Origin: Styela clava
Lineage: Eukaryota
Assembly (NCBI RefSeq): GCF_964204865.1
Contig: NC_135256.1
Location: 16,740,001 to 16,804,000 of the forward strand
Reading direction: 5' to 3'
Length of the DNA stretch: 64,000 bases
In this document: positions 1 through 12,648 of the stretch, piece by piece
How the letters are laid out: every line of letters starts with the position of its first letter
Position numbering within the stretch: position 1 is the first letter of the stretch
Made by a program: the position numbers and the translations under genes
Notes under the pieces: model-generated
Databases searched by the model: none
Seen by the model: only the letters and a program-made list of their open reading frames with translations
What the model was told of the DNA's origin: nothing

Positions 1-704
1 AACAATCTGCAGACTGCCTTTTGGTTTCACACTTCCGAAATGGAACGCTGTAACGTTGCAAAATATAAACAGATCAATTGTATTATTATGTCATAAACGA
101 TGTCGCAGCCAATAGCTGCATAACGGACTAACGGTATAATGCACGAGTGCAGACGTGCGTCCAAGAATGGGAGTTTTGAAAATTATTATATCGACCAGAA
201 AATTAAAATTTGTGCTATCGATCCCTTGGCTGCCCAATTGATGGTATATTATAATAGTTTACTTATTGTTGAATTCAATTAGATCCGGTTTTATCAATTT
301 TTATCACTGATATGTTAGTATGTTTTTATTTAATTCATACGTTGGCGGGTCACCGAAAAAGTGCGGTGGGTCACTTTGTGACCCGCGGGTCATTGGTTCG
401 CCATCCCTAGAACCACATTCCATCTTGCATTTTTGTCTAATAAATTTAACATAACCTTCATTGTCGCTACATTCTGCCTGTGTGGCAATGGTAACCATTA
501 AAAGTATGCAAATGCATTTGATAGGGTGGTCTAAAGATATAAAATCACCCTAAATCTAAACAAAAAATATCGCACGCAACTAAAACAAATCCACTTGGCA
601 AACAATTTCACTGAGATACAAATAAATCGATAGGGAGGCAATAATAAGAATGTTTAGTATATGAGCACGAATATTGCTCATTCGTTGCAGCGAGATAGTG
701 TTTC

Positions 705-1015
705 TCCTGTTGCCCCGAAAATAAGACCCAGTCTTCTAGAGAATTACGAGATTTTCAAATATACAAAATTTGAAAACCGTTATCCATTCACATATGAATA
801 ACATTATAACACGTTTTTATTCAATATAACTGCAAATCATAAATGATTATAAATCATTCAAAACGCGTAGGAGAGATTTCTTGCTATCGAATAGGTAAAA
901 AAAATCGCGTTATTGACTAGGTCTTATTTTAAGGGGAGGGCTTATATCAAAATAATTTTTAAAATTCAGGCTAGGTCCTATTTTCAGGGTAGGTCTTATT
1001 TTCGGGGAAACACGG
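705..1015. mobile_element. Non-autonomous Tc2/pogo-like MITE
   Basis: Inverted repeats CCCCGAAAATAAGACC (713-728) and GGTCTTATTTTCGGGGAAACACGG (992-1015), the latter followed by TA. Internal sub-repeats TAGGTCTTATTTT. CCGT...ACGG termini with TA flanks are typical of TcMar-Tc2. Confidence 0.7.
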
Positions 1016-2347
1016 TAGCTAGGCACCGAGTTTGCTGCAAACATTGCTAAAAACGTGGTTTACTGAATTATTCCGTTAACTATGCTTAAACGTCGCGAAC
1101 GTATTGCATGCAGTTCCTACGCGTCACAAAAAGTGCTTCGATTCAATAATATGAAACTGCAGAATTTTATGTGAAGTGACTCAGAAAAATTTGAAAAAGA
1201 GATGGTTCCAGTAATTTTCTAGTAAAGGTGTAATAGCGACTTTTACATTTGAAGTACCATAAAGACAAATCGATTGATCCCTCAGTTTCAGAGAATAGCG
1301 ATATTTTTCCACAACAACAATCCCAATTAATCCAAGACTATCACCATCAACAACAACGAGTTATAAAACTATGGTAATGACGTATAGTCTTCCATATTCG
1401 ATACATTCATTGTCAAGGAACTACACAGGGACCACTAGAGTGCCATATAGAAGTTTTCTCGACATCCCAGAATAACGCGAGCGTATGCGACTTGCTGGGT
1501 TCAAGTAATATATTATGAAGCTATGGTCAACTCTTCTCCGAAATGCACCACTATCTGTATAACGCGTTAATTTCCTATGTGACGAAAGAATCCTATTCAA
1601 AGAGTATTATGACAACACAACTGAATTTCTTGACTGTCGGACTCGGTAGCTATTTTCGTAGAGGTGAAATGTTTCGCCCGTCGCGGGTGGCCGGTTGGTT
1701 TGCATTGCTTCAGTTTTGTGATTAAGTTTATGGTCGTCGCAATTTTTATTAGTTTATATACGACTGAACCTGATAAAAGCCAATAGAGTGATACTGCACA
1801 GGTAAAACATTGAATGTATACTTTATTATGTAGGTACTATTCAGTTTTTTTAAATTATGTCTAACGTTAACGGTATTGAGATAAAAAAAATATCACTGAG
1901 TTGTTAGAAAATATTCTAAGCTCTGAGGCCACCGACTAAGCGGGTATTTGAAATAAAGTCCTAAGCCTACTTCGGCATGGCCTTATGTCAAGCGTGCTCC
2001 CATAACGTTTGTACTTTTTTATTAGGATGACTAATTATTCTGACCAATCGAGCACTATTGTTTTAGAAGATGTCGGAATCGTACTCCCGGCTATTGCAAT
2101 TTTTGAGATGAAGTTATACAAAATGCTTTTCTTTATTTTGAAGTAAAATTGTTTCTGCAAAAAATTTTGCCACAAATCACCCTTTCCAATGTTTCAACTC
2201 TTTTTATGAGCGCGCAACATTAGACTCCACAAAGTGCTGTACCAGTAAATAATTATCATAATAATAGGAACTAACAATTCCCTACTATATTGATGTACAG
2301 TTCATGAGTTGATTTCAGGTCGTAGCGTTAAAAATTAATCAAACGAG

Positions 2348-2814
2348 ATGGATCCAGAATCAGGAACCTCTACAGCTGCTGAAGGGCAAGATTCAGCAAA
2401 ACAGCAATCGCTCTACACCGGTATTCCACTTGCAAGGCGAATACAAGAAGGAGCATGGGGTATATATTTATACTTTACGTCAGGGGTTGGCATTCTGCGG
2501 GCCGGATCCGGCCACAGTTCTTCATTGTAACTAATCTCAGCATACAATGAAAGTTCAAGACGACTTTATTTTCCTTTAGAATTAAAGAAAAGAGGTTGTC
2601 AGAAAATAAGGTCCATTCTCTGTCTTACATTAAAGTTTTTTGATTGAAGCTTTGGAAATATATTTGTTTAGGAAACTTTCAAAACAGAGGACGAAGGTCT
2701 ATGGAAAGGTTGAAAAATAGAGTTTCTTCAAGATTCATGGGAAGACCAGTGAATTTGTATATTATGATTCTCGTCGTGTTTTTTTCTATAATTGGAACTA
2801 TAATATATGTGGAG
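2348..2814 (+). CDS. 5' exons of a putative type II single-pass membrane protein (3' part unresolved)
   Basis: Exon 2348-2420 (ATG, MDPESGTSTAAEGQDSAKQQSLYT, GT donor, phase 1) joins exon 2672-2814 (tgtttag acceptor, GTGAGT donor): GNFQNRGRRSMERLKNRVSSRFMGRPVNLYIMILVVFFSIIGTIIYVE. A basic stretch precedes a hydrophobic helix. Confidence 0.55.
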
Positions 2815-3129
2815 GTGAGTGAAGCTACAATTTAATAAATCCGCCAGAATATCGGAATATTGTTAGCGCTGATACAAAAATGAAAATATATATACCTTTC
2901 GAGTATTTAGTTCAGATCTCATATGCTTTTTGATTTTGAAATTAGTAGTATTATATGTCATAGTTGTAATGTACGCTAATGTATTTTTCATTGAACCACG
3001 GACGAAAAAATTGTGAAATCATAGCAATATAAATGTCTCTCCGAGCATCGACTTACTTGTTTAATTCCTTAACATTGACTAATCAGCAAGGTGTCAACTG
3101 TGGCGTGATCAATTAGACACATTTTTCAC

Positions 3130-3335
3130 CCAAATAAAATTTTAGGAATGATGATAAACTCTCTTTCGTCATGATGAAATCGCTTGTTTCTTCGAATTCT
3201 GGACCAATTGCTTTGAATTTTTCAGAGGTTGAAGATTGATTTTTTTTGCCAGAAGGCTATTACTTTTACTTATTTCGAAAATTTCTGTGGACCTCCTTGT
3301 GACGTGTTCATATATTTGAGCACAGCTCTTTTGTA
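3130..3335 (+). repeat. Dispersed repeat family B (Helentron/HINE-like), partial copy
   Basis: Shares TTCGAATxCTGGACxAATTGCTTTGAAxTTTTCAG...AAGGCTATTACTTTTA...GTGTTCATATATTTGAGCAxAGCTCT with 30410-30668, and in reverse with 8595-8806. Confidence 0.6.
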
Positions 3336-3839
3336 GTTTAGTTGTAACGACAGCAAATTTTCATTACTTTAAAGATGATTGAAGCCGCTGGAGGGCTTTC
3401 AAATATTTATCATTTTCAAATATTTATATGGGCTTGCACGTAATTTACGGATTTACGGAATTATTTCGAGTTACGGAAGCGAAGTTACGAATTACGTAAA
3501 GTCGTAATTATTGGTCAACCGCTTTGGCAATTGAAACGAGCTCTTTGCAGAGCAGTCAATTCCGTCGATTGTAAAAAATTAAAGTTTAATAAGTAGAAGA
3601 AGTTAGAGTTCCGGTATTCGCAGCCGTTTTTCTCTCTCTTGTTATGCAGGTGGGGAAGGCATGACGCGTTGCCATTTACTAATCTATTATCAACTTATCT
3701 AGCATGGCCAATGTACATATTAACCGTAGATAATGCCGTGATAATTAATGTCGCGCTTATCAAACAGCAATATGACGACGGAAGAGAAATTGCGTAAAGA
3801 CGCAACGCAACTTAGTCTTTTCGGCATCGGTAAAGCGAT

Positions 3840-3960
3840 TGATCTTTTTTTAATCTTTTTATATTCTTTTATAATTTATAATTTTTTTAAATTTTATAAA
3901 TTTTATAAATTTTTATAATTTTATAATTATTTTTTAATTCTTTTTATAATCTTTTTTTAT
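3840..3960. repeat. AT-rich degenerate minisatellite (TTTTATAAA/TTTATAAT units)
   Basis: Tandem imperfect 8-9 bp units visible directly. Confidence 0.7.
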
Positions 3961-4249
3961 TCCAAAGTCATTGTGGCATTCCGTGGTTTATTTCGCATGT
4001 TTTGCCGTTCTTTTTCTTGTATGATTATAGCCTATTTCATGTTTGTTAATCATTCCACGGGGATTGTGACATCCCGTAGTTACTCAGGTTTTTTTCTTGT
4101 TGTTTTTCATTTTTCGAATGATTGTGTCCAATTAAGCCAATGTGTAATATTGAGTTCTATTTATTTTTTTGTCTTTTTGTATGATCGTGTTAATTTATTA
4201 AGTTAATGTGTAATATTGAGTGTCCCGTTTCTTATATTTGCTGCTTAAT

Positions 4250-4420
4250 TTCAGCTACAAGGTGTCGCTGACTAGATGACTCTATGAGTCTTTTCGCGAC
4301 TCCGCGTCAACTGCAACAAGCCGATATCCATTTGACATTTTGTTACATTATATTATTTATTCATTTTTCATATCGCGCATTGTTTTTTTGCATGACGAAA
4401 ATAAATATCTGAATCTGAAT
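4250..4420 (+). mobile_element. Short LINE-3'-end/SINE-like repeat family A, copy 1
   Basis: Begins CAGCTACAAGGTGTCGCTGACTAGATGACTC and ends AATAAATATCTGAATCTGAAT. Homologous to 12481-12640 (-) and 47632-47818 (+). Confidence 0.7.
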
Positions 4421-6059
4421 TGAGCCGGCAGAGAAACGACTGGATTTCCCGTGTTTATTCTGCGCGAGAACCATTTTCTATTACAGAATCTTGATGTTCT
4501 GTTACCGGTTTTATCGTTAAATATCTGTCCAGACTTGGCCTTGCTCAATATGTTTTTCACAATGCCTCGCAATATTTCGGCCAAATATGATTAAATGGCT
4601 TTACCAAATGCGGCAACTTATTTTGATTTAACATCGTCTCGAATACCGCCAGCATTCGACAATGTAAAATGAAGCATGGTAATCGGAATATCGTCAATAA
4701 GTCGGCATCAATAATTATTATAAAATGCTAACTAAGTAGTAAAGTCGGATATTGTATAAAAACGGTGAAATAACAAGTCTGATTAATAAATTAGAAACCC
4801 GAAATTTTTATTTAATACGAAAGTCCTATCAATACGCTAATACGATTTAAAAAAAGTCAACTATCGCTTCATAAATATCCGTATACCAGTGTCGGTAATG
4901 ATAAAATTGATCGCATAAAATTGGGTGATAAATGTGATAAAGGAAAATCAAAGCTAACAAAAAAGATAAAAATCAGAATAAAATTAATTTGAATTCACTC
5001 CTTGATATTTTTCTTTAACACCTGTCGCCGGCGTGTAGTACTGCCGGGAATATGAAAACCAAACTTCGATGTCCCATTCGGAATAGAAGTGGATTCAATT
5101 GGTTGTTATGATAGGTTTAAATGCGTGAAAAAAATATCGAAATTACGGGGTCATTACGTAATCGATTTGGCCGTAATTACGGAATTGATTTTTGTCAATT
5201 ACGTGCAAGCCTAAATAATGAACCCGCATATTTCATTAAAGTTTCATTTTAATTCAAGCGAACACTTATTTAAAATATGGGTAAGCCTACACTTTATTCT
5301 AACACTCTTGTCTGCCTCCATCAAAACTGCCCACCCAACTTTTCAGGGTAGTCGGCGCTAGACCGGACAGCAAAAGCCTTACCGGTCATACCGGTGCCGA
5401 TCCTTATGTTATTTTGCTAGACATTACATTTAAAGTTTTGTTTGCATAGTAAAATATGTTTTTCAGAACTACCGCTCTGCAGTAATTTTAAGTTTTTTTA
5501 ACGGATCTTTGGTGAAAATAGTTGTAAAGTATATTCGAAAAATATGGGCCACAGCCCATCACGCCCTTTCCACTAATAAATTTCGCCGTATGAGGGTGTT
5601 ACTATATATACCACTCAGTTTTTTTCTAGACCTGTGTTCAAGCATTACATGTATAATTATCTATATTAAACAAGCACTATGTATAACATACTTTGCTTTA
5701 AGCTTTTCCTGCGTCCGAACTGGAGAAATGCTGAACAAGATCTCATAGAGCTGATTGGCGATTCCACAACGTTCAAACCAATGTAAGAAAAACGCGCGTT
5801 TGAGGGACAACTTTTATTGCATGTGTCGCAGTTACATTTTCGTTCAATTTGTATGATTTTGTTATTTATATATAAAATGCGTTATATATTACACATTGTT
5901 TGACAGTATATTAGTTGCTTTTATGCTATTGACCTGTTCTTGAAGTTTTGTCGGCACCACACACTTGCTTTTCACGACGTGCGCAATTATGGCTGGTGTA
6001 CAAACTAACAGAATCGTGGTATGTCGGAGATATATGAAGCATAAACGTTCAGAGGCCGG

Positions 6060-6352
6060 ATATTTATTACTTATCAAAGTATGTTGATAGGTATTTGTTT
6101 GTCTGTCTATCTGTTAGATGCACGCGATATCTCACGAAAGCGAGATTGAATCTGCTCCAGATTTTGCATGTGCATTCGTCATATGTCGTACCAGAAGCCT
6201 ATTGATTTTGGGTGAATTATGTCGTATAATTAGCGAGTTATTAATTAATTAGTGATGGGACACAAGGTGTCACTATGGAGTAAGAGCGCTGTTTTGGGGG
6301 ATCCCCTAACTTTCGTTCAATAAGTCTTCGGTCTCTGACCGAATTCTCGTTT
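6060..6352 (+). mobile_element. Helentron-associated (HINE/DINE-like) non-autonomous element
   Basis: 5' TTTATTAC, then (TGTT/TGTC)n microsatellite TTTGTTTGTCTGTCTATCTGT and GATATCTC core. 3' hairpin TTCGGTC-TCT-GACCGAA followed by TTCTCGTTT. Confidence 0.55.
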
Positions 6353-6660
6353 ATATATTATTCCATGGAATGGAAATTTCATTTTCACTGAGTTTTCTCT
6401 TTATAGGAACAGATTAATCAATCTCGAACTTTCAGTAGATCGTCACACCTGTGCACATAAATTCTAAATATTATCCTAACAGGGCTCTTAATGTGCAGTT
6501 GTGAATCGTGATTTTAAGATATATAAATTAGAATAACAATTCACATTAACTTTTATTAGGATTTTTCAGTTTCTTAAAATACCAAAAGTTTACGTATAAA
6601 ATTGTACAATATTGTAGAAATAAGACACTCAACCCTCTTCACAACACATGGTCGTATTTT

Positions 6661-9290
6661 TTAAAAAGCACACAAGTAAAACATCAATGCGTAACAATGC
6701 CACCGATTAAAGCTTTTTCTGTGTACATATATACAGCTGCCATTTGAACTATATTGAGGTTCGCTCATCCACTGAGGTAGAAATGTCGCTTCTGTCCCTT
6801 TACTTGTGAACCATTTACCTAAACACAAAAACGAGTGGACGGTTAAATAGGCTGATGAGTTTGTTACGCTTTGACCATTACTACGAAACCGATTAAAAAC
6901 GCGGAATTACAGACTTAGATATAATAAATACTAAAGCAGAAGGAAATCTTGAATGTTGATATTTTAAGACTTAGTTTAGGTAAATTGGGCCAAAACACAG
7001 AAAAACTTTATATCATGAGCTGAAAGACTCAAAGCTATCTTGCATTTTCGACATAAATGACAATATATATATATACCTGATTCGTCGTTATATCTTGCAT
7101 CCACGAAAAATGATTCAACTGGGAATGTTTCATAAAGACGTTCTAATATTTCATCGTTTTCCAATATTGCTAGTTGACCACCCTAAGTAACATAAATATC
7201 ACTAGTACAAATTTTCGCTATATAAAAATGTAAAAAATACAGTAACAGACATTTGGTGAAGGACGCCACCGTTAGGAATTGTAGGTCACTTCTTACTGTT
7301 TACGAATTTGGCAGAATATTGAATTTGAGTATGCCTTCAATTACATATAATCTTTACAACTTTAAAAGTAGCAAACGCATGTAGGCTACTTTGAGATATA
7401 TACTAGAAAGAGACGAAATTCGAACACATTTTACGTTGCTGTGCCCTTTGTTGGCTGTCCGACTTCTTCCTAATTATGACATTGACCATGCGTAGAAATC
7501 AGAAATATAAACCATATACGTTGTGACAAACTGCATCTAAAATAGTGTTAAACATTGTCTACACGAAATATACTGAAAAATAATCGAGTTTACGAATTTT
7601 TGTACGTAAAATCTCCCGGATTAACTGGAATACAGAGTCTTGCGCGCGTCGCCATCCGGTTAGAATTGTAATTACGTACCTTTTCCTCGCATTTGTCCAC
7701 AGCATCTGTGTAGTTCAACCTATCTCTTTCTAATACATAGCATTGACTTCCATTTGACATTCCCCCCAATGGGCAACCTATTCTCCAGATTTTGTCGACT
7801 TCACTTTTGAGCCAGATTGGACTTTCTACAGTTTCTTCCAAAAGTTCGGAATTTTGACCGGCAATCGTTTGCAAACTCTTTATTTCTTGGTTTACGGTTT
7901 CTGGAGCACAACAAAAATTTAATTAGTCCCTATAACGAAGAATGGTGCTGTTAGTTCGCTCGAAGGGATCGAGCGGAATTGACAAACATCATTGTTCCTA
8001 AATTCAACTGAGCATTGCTCAAATACATAGAGATGTCGGACGAAACGAGGTAGTACCGGTATCAAATCTTTCTCCGTATACCGGTAGTCTTCTAGACTTT
8101 GACCGACTACCAGATCGCTGCAAATTCGATCGCGGAAGCGCCGCAAGGTGCGCATTTTTTTTAAATTTTGTTGACGTCATCATACAAAATCTCAAAGTGA
8201 AAAATGAAACTCATAGAGCCCACCACAGAAAGTTTTCGAAATAAATAGGAGTAATAGCATTCCAGCGATAACGATAATCTCAGCCATATTAAAACCATTA
8301 ATTCAGTAGTTAATGAGAAAGCGTCCATTTTTCCCAACAACAAGAAAAGGAAGAAAAATACTAACAAATGAGCTTTGGGTATCGCTGCTTAAACAACGAG
8401 CCTTCGACCCCACGGCTTCGCCTCCTTCAGTAAAATGTGTATTCAGTTTCATTCCTTTGAACTTTTCATGTTATTTTTTTACTGGACTGAAAAATTGAAC
8501 TTGGCTACGACTCAAATATGTGGACATGAAGGCGAAAATAAAACAAAATACAGACATCACGCTTGGCTAATTAAAATCCATGAATAGAAATTAGTACAGA
8601 GTTCAAATATCAGATCTCATAAGAAATAACAAAAAATAATAGCCTCTCAGCGACAACAACAATCTTTACTCACTGAAATTTTCAAAGCACCTGGTCCAGT
8701 AGGAGAAGAATAACAAAAACAACATATTATAACAAAACGATCCATATCTACACTCCGTGTCCTACAACAAAACGATCCAAAGGTCCATTCCGTGTCCAAA
8801 AATAAAACGTAATACCGAACATATTATATATGTTGGCATATTCCACATTTCCAATTCTAAGTCCTACAGACTTAAATCGTATTTCGCATCAAGATGCTAG
8901 AAATGAAAAAAATCAGGCTGATGATATAGTGATATCTTTATACTGACCTGCATTTTGGGTGCTTTGGTTGCGAAAATCGAATAATTGTTTGAAATTTCCC
9001 CTACTAGATTTCAAAAGTTTGCTAATTTGCTGTTGATGTTTTGCAACTTCAGATCCGAGATATCCTATCTGTAGAAAAATTCAATAACCGTTGTCGGAAA
9101 TATTCAAAAGGTAATAATAACAAAATGTAGTATATATACCAACAAAATGCACAGCAATAACTCAAACTAGTGCGAAAAAATCTTAAAAGTTGTTTACAAG
9201 TTAGCCCGGGAAACATTTCCGTCCCAGGGCCCCCCTTCGTTGTCATTAGGCCATAATGTAGTTCTGTCTTTTTGGTTACAGAAGTTAAAT
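6661..9290 (-). CDS. Type II C-type lectin domain protein (CD94/NKG2/KLR-like architecture); TM exon appears frameshifted
   Basis: In-phase exons 8948-9068 (IGYLGSEVAKHQQQISKLL..., neck), 7680-7900 (neck + CPLGGMSNGSQCYVLERDRLNYTDAVDKCEEK), 7077-7182 (GGQLAILENDE...FFVDA) and 6661-6818 (GKWFT...WMSEPQYSSNGSCIYVHRKSFNRWHCYALMFYLCAF*). All six long-form CTLD cysteines are present. An upstream exon (~9140-9290) encodes a cytoplasmic part plus LLLCILL, but needs a 1-nt shift. Confidence 0.75.
8595..8806 (-). repeat. Dispersed repeat family B copy in CTL intron
   Basis: Reverse complement matches 30410-30668 (TTGGACACG...GATCGTTT...GCTTTGAAA(A)TTTCAGTGAGTAAAGATT...GGCTATTA). Confidence 0.6.
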
Positions 9291-10584
9291 ATAGTTTAAA
9301 ATTCTGTATTTTTATTTAAATACATTATAATAAAGTTTGTGACCCTGAAATATATTTTTTCTTCCGACCACCAAAGTGTTCATTGACGCTGACCTCCCAT
9401 TTGAACTTATTTATTCTAAAATTAAACTATACATAGATTCGAGAATAAATTTTTCTATAATGCGACTTACCACAGAAATTGAAATAAGGTGCAACGAAAA
9501 CGAAACTGCAACAAATGCAAGAAATATAATCCTTATCTTAGACTCGATCATCTTAGAAATCAACAAAAACGCGAACGAGAATCATTTTTCGAAAGATGTT
9601 TGGAAATTAAACCTCCTGCCTCCCACAACCTTCCACTTTTAAAGTAACGGATACGCCAATAACAGTTCTAAATTGTAGTAACTGAATGCGGTTTACGATA
9701 TAAATTCGCGTGTTTCGATGGTTATTATGAACTCTTATCGACGTCATCCAATCAAGTACTGAAGTGTGGCATGGTACTTAACGCCAGATAACACCAAATC
9801 GATTCCAAATTTATAATATTAACTACTTCAACGTCGTGGAATTTGTTTATAACAGTCTACTATTTGGCCAAATATTATATTGACGGTAGCGTGAGTGCCT
9901 CCTTAATTTCTGCATGAAATGATTGCCACATTCAAATTACGACGGACCCACAACTTCTATTTCTGTGTCAATTACAAGTAACAGCTAGCGTGTTTGGCAA
10001 GCGAAGCACACACAACGGGCATGTGCTTCCGCGTATGCTGGTTAGCACAAAGCGAATGCAATCAGTCATTGTTACTACACCCCCTGTGTGGGTAATGAAA
10101 AAACTTTTTGTTTTTATACATTGAAAGAGGTCGTTCGACGACCACAAAAATTTGTTTGCTGGTTGCAGTTTGCCGAGCACTGTTTTGATAGCGGATACGC
10201 ATGTCAGATATGTATCAGATAATCACTCGTAATAAGTAAGAAATTATAAATAAATAATCAAGAAATTATAAATATGTTTAACGACATGTTACGGTTGGGT
10301 ATTTTTGATTGTAAGATAACACAAACACACATCAGTAATAGGCAACGTTCGAAAAGTGCTCCGAATAAAAACGTGTGCAAAATATAGAAAATCACATGTT
10401 ATGTTGTAAGAAATCAATATAGAATTAAACGTACGTAGTCATTATAATGCAAGTTTTTATAAGTTGCGGGTGAAGACAGTATAAAAAGAGGATGATGTAG
10501 CATACATCCACAATAAAATAGGAACTATTTCAAATTACAAACTTTCAAATGGTAATCTTTGTTGATTGGCATTTAATTGTTATT

Positions 10585-11875
10585 TCGAGATATGATTATG
10601 ACTGGTTAGGTCCAGGTCGTACCCTATCACAAAGGTATGCAAACGAGGGTTGGCAACATTACCACAAAGCGTCAGTATCAAATTCCAGAATGTCTTTTAT
10701 TAAAACCAGACACTTTGGTCCCAAAAAACCGTCGACAGGCTAATAAATAAGGGTCATAAACAAGTTGGAAAAAATGTTCAACTCGCTCGTTGGGACGCTC
10801 GACGTTGAGAAGTAACGCAACTAATGTTGTCATGATCCTACTGCGAACTCAGATCTTAAAAGCGATCTTAGTGTTTAGCACGATAACACTGACGACACGT
10901 TACCATACTTTCAGTAAATTTATTGAGTGCATCAAGGCAGTAAATGTTAGTCTACTACATGAGAAATCACTCTGATTCTCACAGCAAAAACGTTTTTGCT
11001 CTCATTAATACTAATTAATATAAATTCCTCTGCTTCTATTAAAATTTATTCTTAACTGACCATCTGTCATTTTTATTCTATTATAAATTTTTTGTTTAAA
11101 CTGAAAAATATTATATTTGTAATGTAGTATAGTAATTCCATAGCCCACCATCTGCCTTTATTCCTACAGAATTTGCGATTGGTAATTTCGTAATATTTAT
11201 TTTTTGTTTCAAGATTTAAATTTTGAGTTCCTGTTGACGATGTCAATATACACAACTAGACACGATTTATACAAAGCGAACAATGCAGAATACACGCACA
11301 ATAAAATATGAACTGTTAGAAATTATGGTCTTACTTGAAAAAAAAACATAACATCATTAATTATTGCAATTTAATTGTAATTTAGAGATATACTTATACT
11401 GGTTAGACCCAGGTCGTATATATCCTATCACAAATGTATCCATACAAGAAAAAGCAAAGAATGTTTTCCAATAAAACGAAACATTTTATTTGCAAAAATG
11501 CTAATTGCTAAAAAATACATCGTCATATTAATAAAATCCATTGAAATGTTTAATTTTATCGTTGATTCGCGGAGAAGTACGGTAATGAAATGTTGAAATA
11601 AGTTTACTGCGAAATCAAGTCCCAAAAGCGATCTCGGTGTTTAAAGTAGTAAAACTGATGATACGTTACCACAACAAGCTGGTCAATGTATGTCTACCTC
11701 ATGCAAAATCACTCTTATTTCCACATCAAAAACCCTAATCTCATTAGTCTATATTAAACCTGCCTGCCTTGCGTTTAATGATTCCTTCTTCAAATACAGA
11801 GGAGGAATCGCCTGTTTTGCTTCCTTCTGTTAAACAAGACCTCATATTTTTTGACTGGTCATCTGTCATTTCAAT
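10585..11875. repeat. Old diverged tandem duplication (two ~490-bp copies, ~800-bp offset)
   Basis: Collinear shared blocks at 10585-11075 and 11385-11875: CTGGTTAGxxCCAGGTCGTA, AAAAGCGATCTxxGTGTTTA, ACTGAxGAxACGTTACCA, AAATCACTCTxATT, CATCTGTCATTT. Confidence 0.65.
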
Positions 11876-12129
11876 ACACTACAAATTTTTCTGGAATTCT
11901 AAATATAACCAAGTATACTGAATTACACAAGATATATAATGATTAGCCCAAATAGAGTACTCTTTTATTAGGGTTTTTAGGTGCAGTGTTATTAGATCGT
12001 GCCGACAATTACTGTAATCCGTAATCAGGTCAAAGCAGAGAGTGTTAAACATTCACCACTACTGTTATCAGTTATATTTATATTCTAAATATAAATAGAT
12101 TTCAGAAATTAGATTTTCTATCAAGTTTT

Positions 12130-12289
12130 TATCAACCATGGAATATCCCAAGAAACGTAAAGTTGACAGAGAGTGTCGAGCATTTAACAAAGATTAGATA
12201 CCAAAATATATTTTTTGTAATAATCCGGCCCACCGAGGACTTCATTTTCCCACATCTGTCCCGCCGACTAGAGAAGTTGCCCACCCCTG
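12130..12289 (+). mobile_element. hAT-Charlie/SPIN-type deletion-derivative remnant
   Basis: Translates MEYPKKRKVDRECRAFNKD*IPKYIF, the typical N-terminus of Charlie/SPIN/GTF2IRD2-like transposases. Followed by right TIR AGTTGCCCACCCCTG. Confidence 0.6.
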
Positions 12290-12480
12290 TTCTAGATAGT
12301 ATGGAGGGCGGTTGCATTATTCGGTGTCGTAGGCTTTGAGGTAGACTACAAAAGCATTGTAACAACTTGTATAGTCATGATTCTGTTTGATAGTTTATTC
12401 AAATTATTTTTTAAGTTGGACGGTCACCAATTCCGACTTTTGTGTTACTCGTATTCTATGAATGATTTCATATTATATAG

Positions 12481-12640
12481 CAGATTCAGATTTTATTTTC
12501 GTCATGCAAAACCAATATACGATATGAAAAAATAAAAAAAGACATATAACAAATTACGAAGACAGATATCGGCTTGTTGCAATAGACGAGGGATCGCGAA
12601 AGACTCAAAGAGTCATCCAGTCAGCGACACCTTGAAGCAG
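12481..12640 (-). mobile_element. Repeat family A, copy 2
   Basis: Reverse complement of 4250-4420 (CAGATTCAGATTTTATTTTCGTCATGCAAAA...GAGTCATCCAGTCAGCGACACCTTG). Confidence 0.7.
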
Positions 12641-12648
12641 GGGCCTAG

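Larger units (their letters stand above)
3429..5213. mobile_element. Non-autonomous hAT-like element with TIRs
   Basis: Left end (TG)GGCTTGCACGTAATT at 3429 and right end AATTACGTGCAAGCCTA ending 5213. Subterminal TTACGG/CGTAAT repeats at both ends. No clear TSD and no transposase. Confidence 0.65.

Noticed and set aside
1420-1460. TQGPL peptide reminiscent of protein tyrosine phosphatases
   Set aside because: No flanking YIA or DFW and no other PTP motifs.
11420-11800. Minus-frame resemblance to Kir potassium channels (KRKAGRFNI, FAFSCMDTFVIGY)
   Set aside because: The frame has about ten stops, lacks the final G of GYG, and the motif is not preserved in the duplicate copy. Probably chance.
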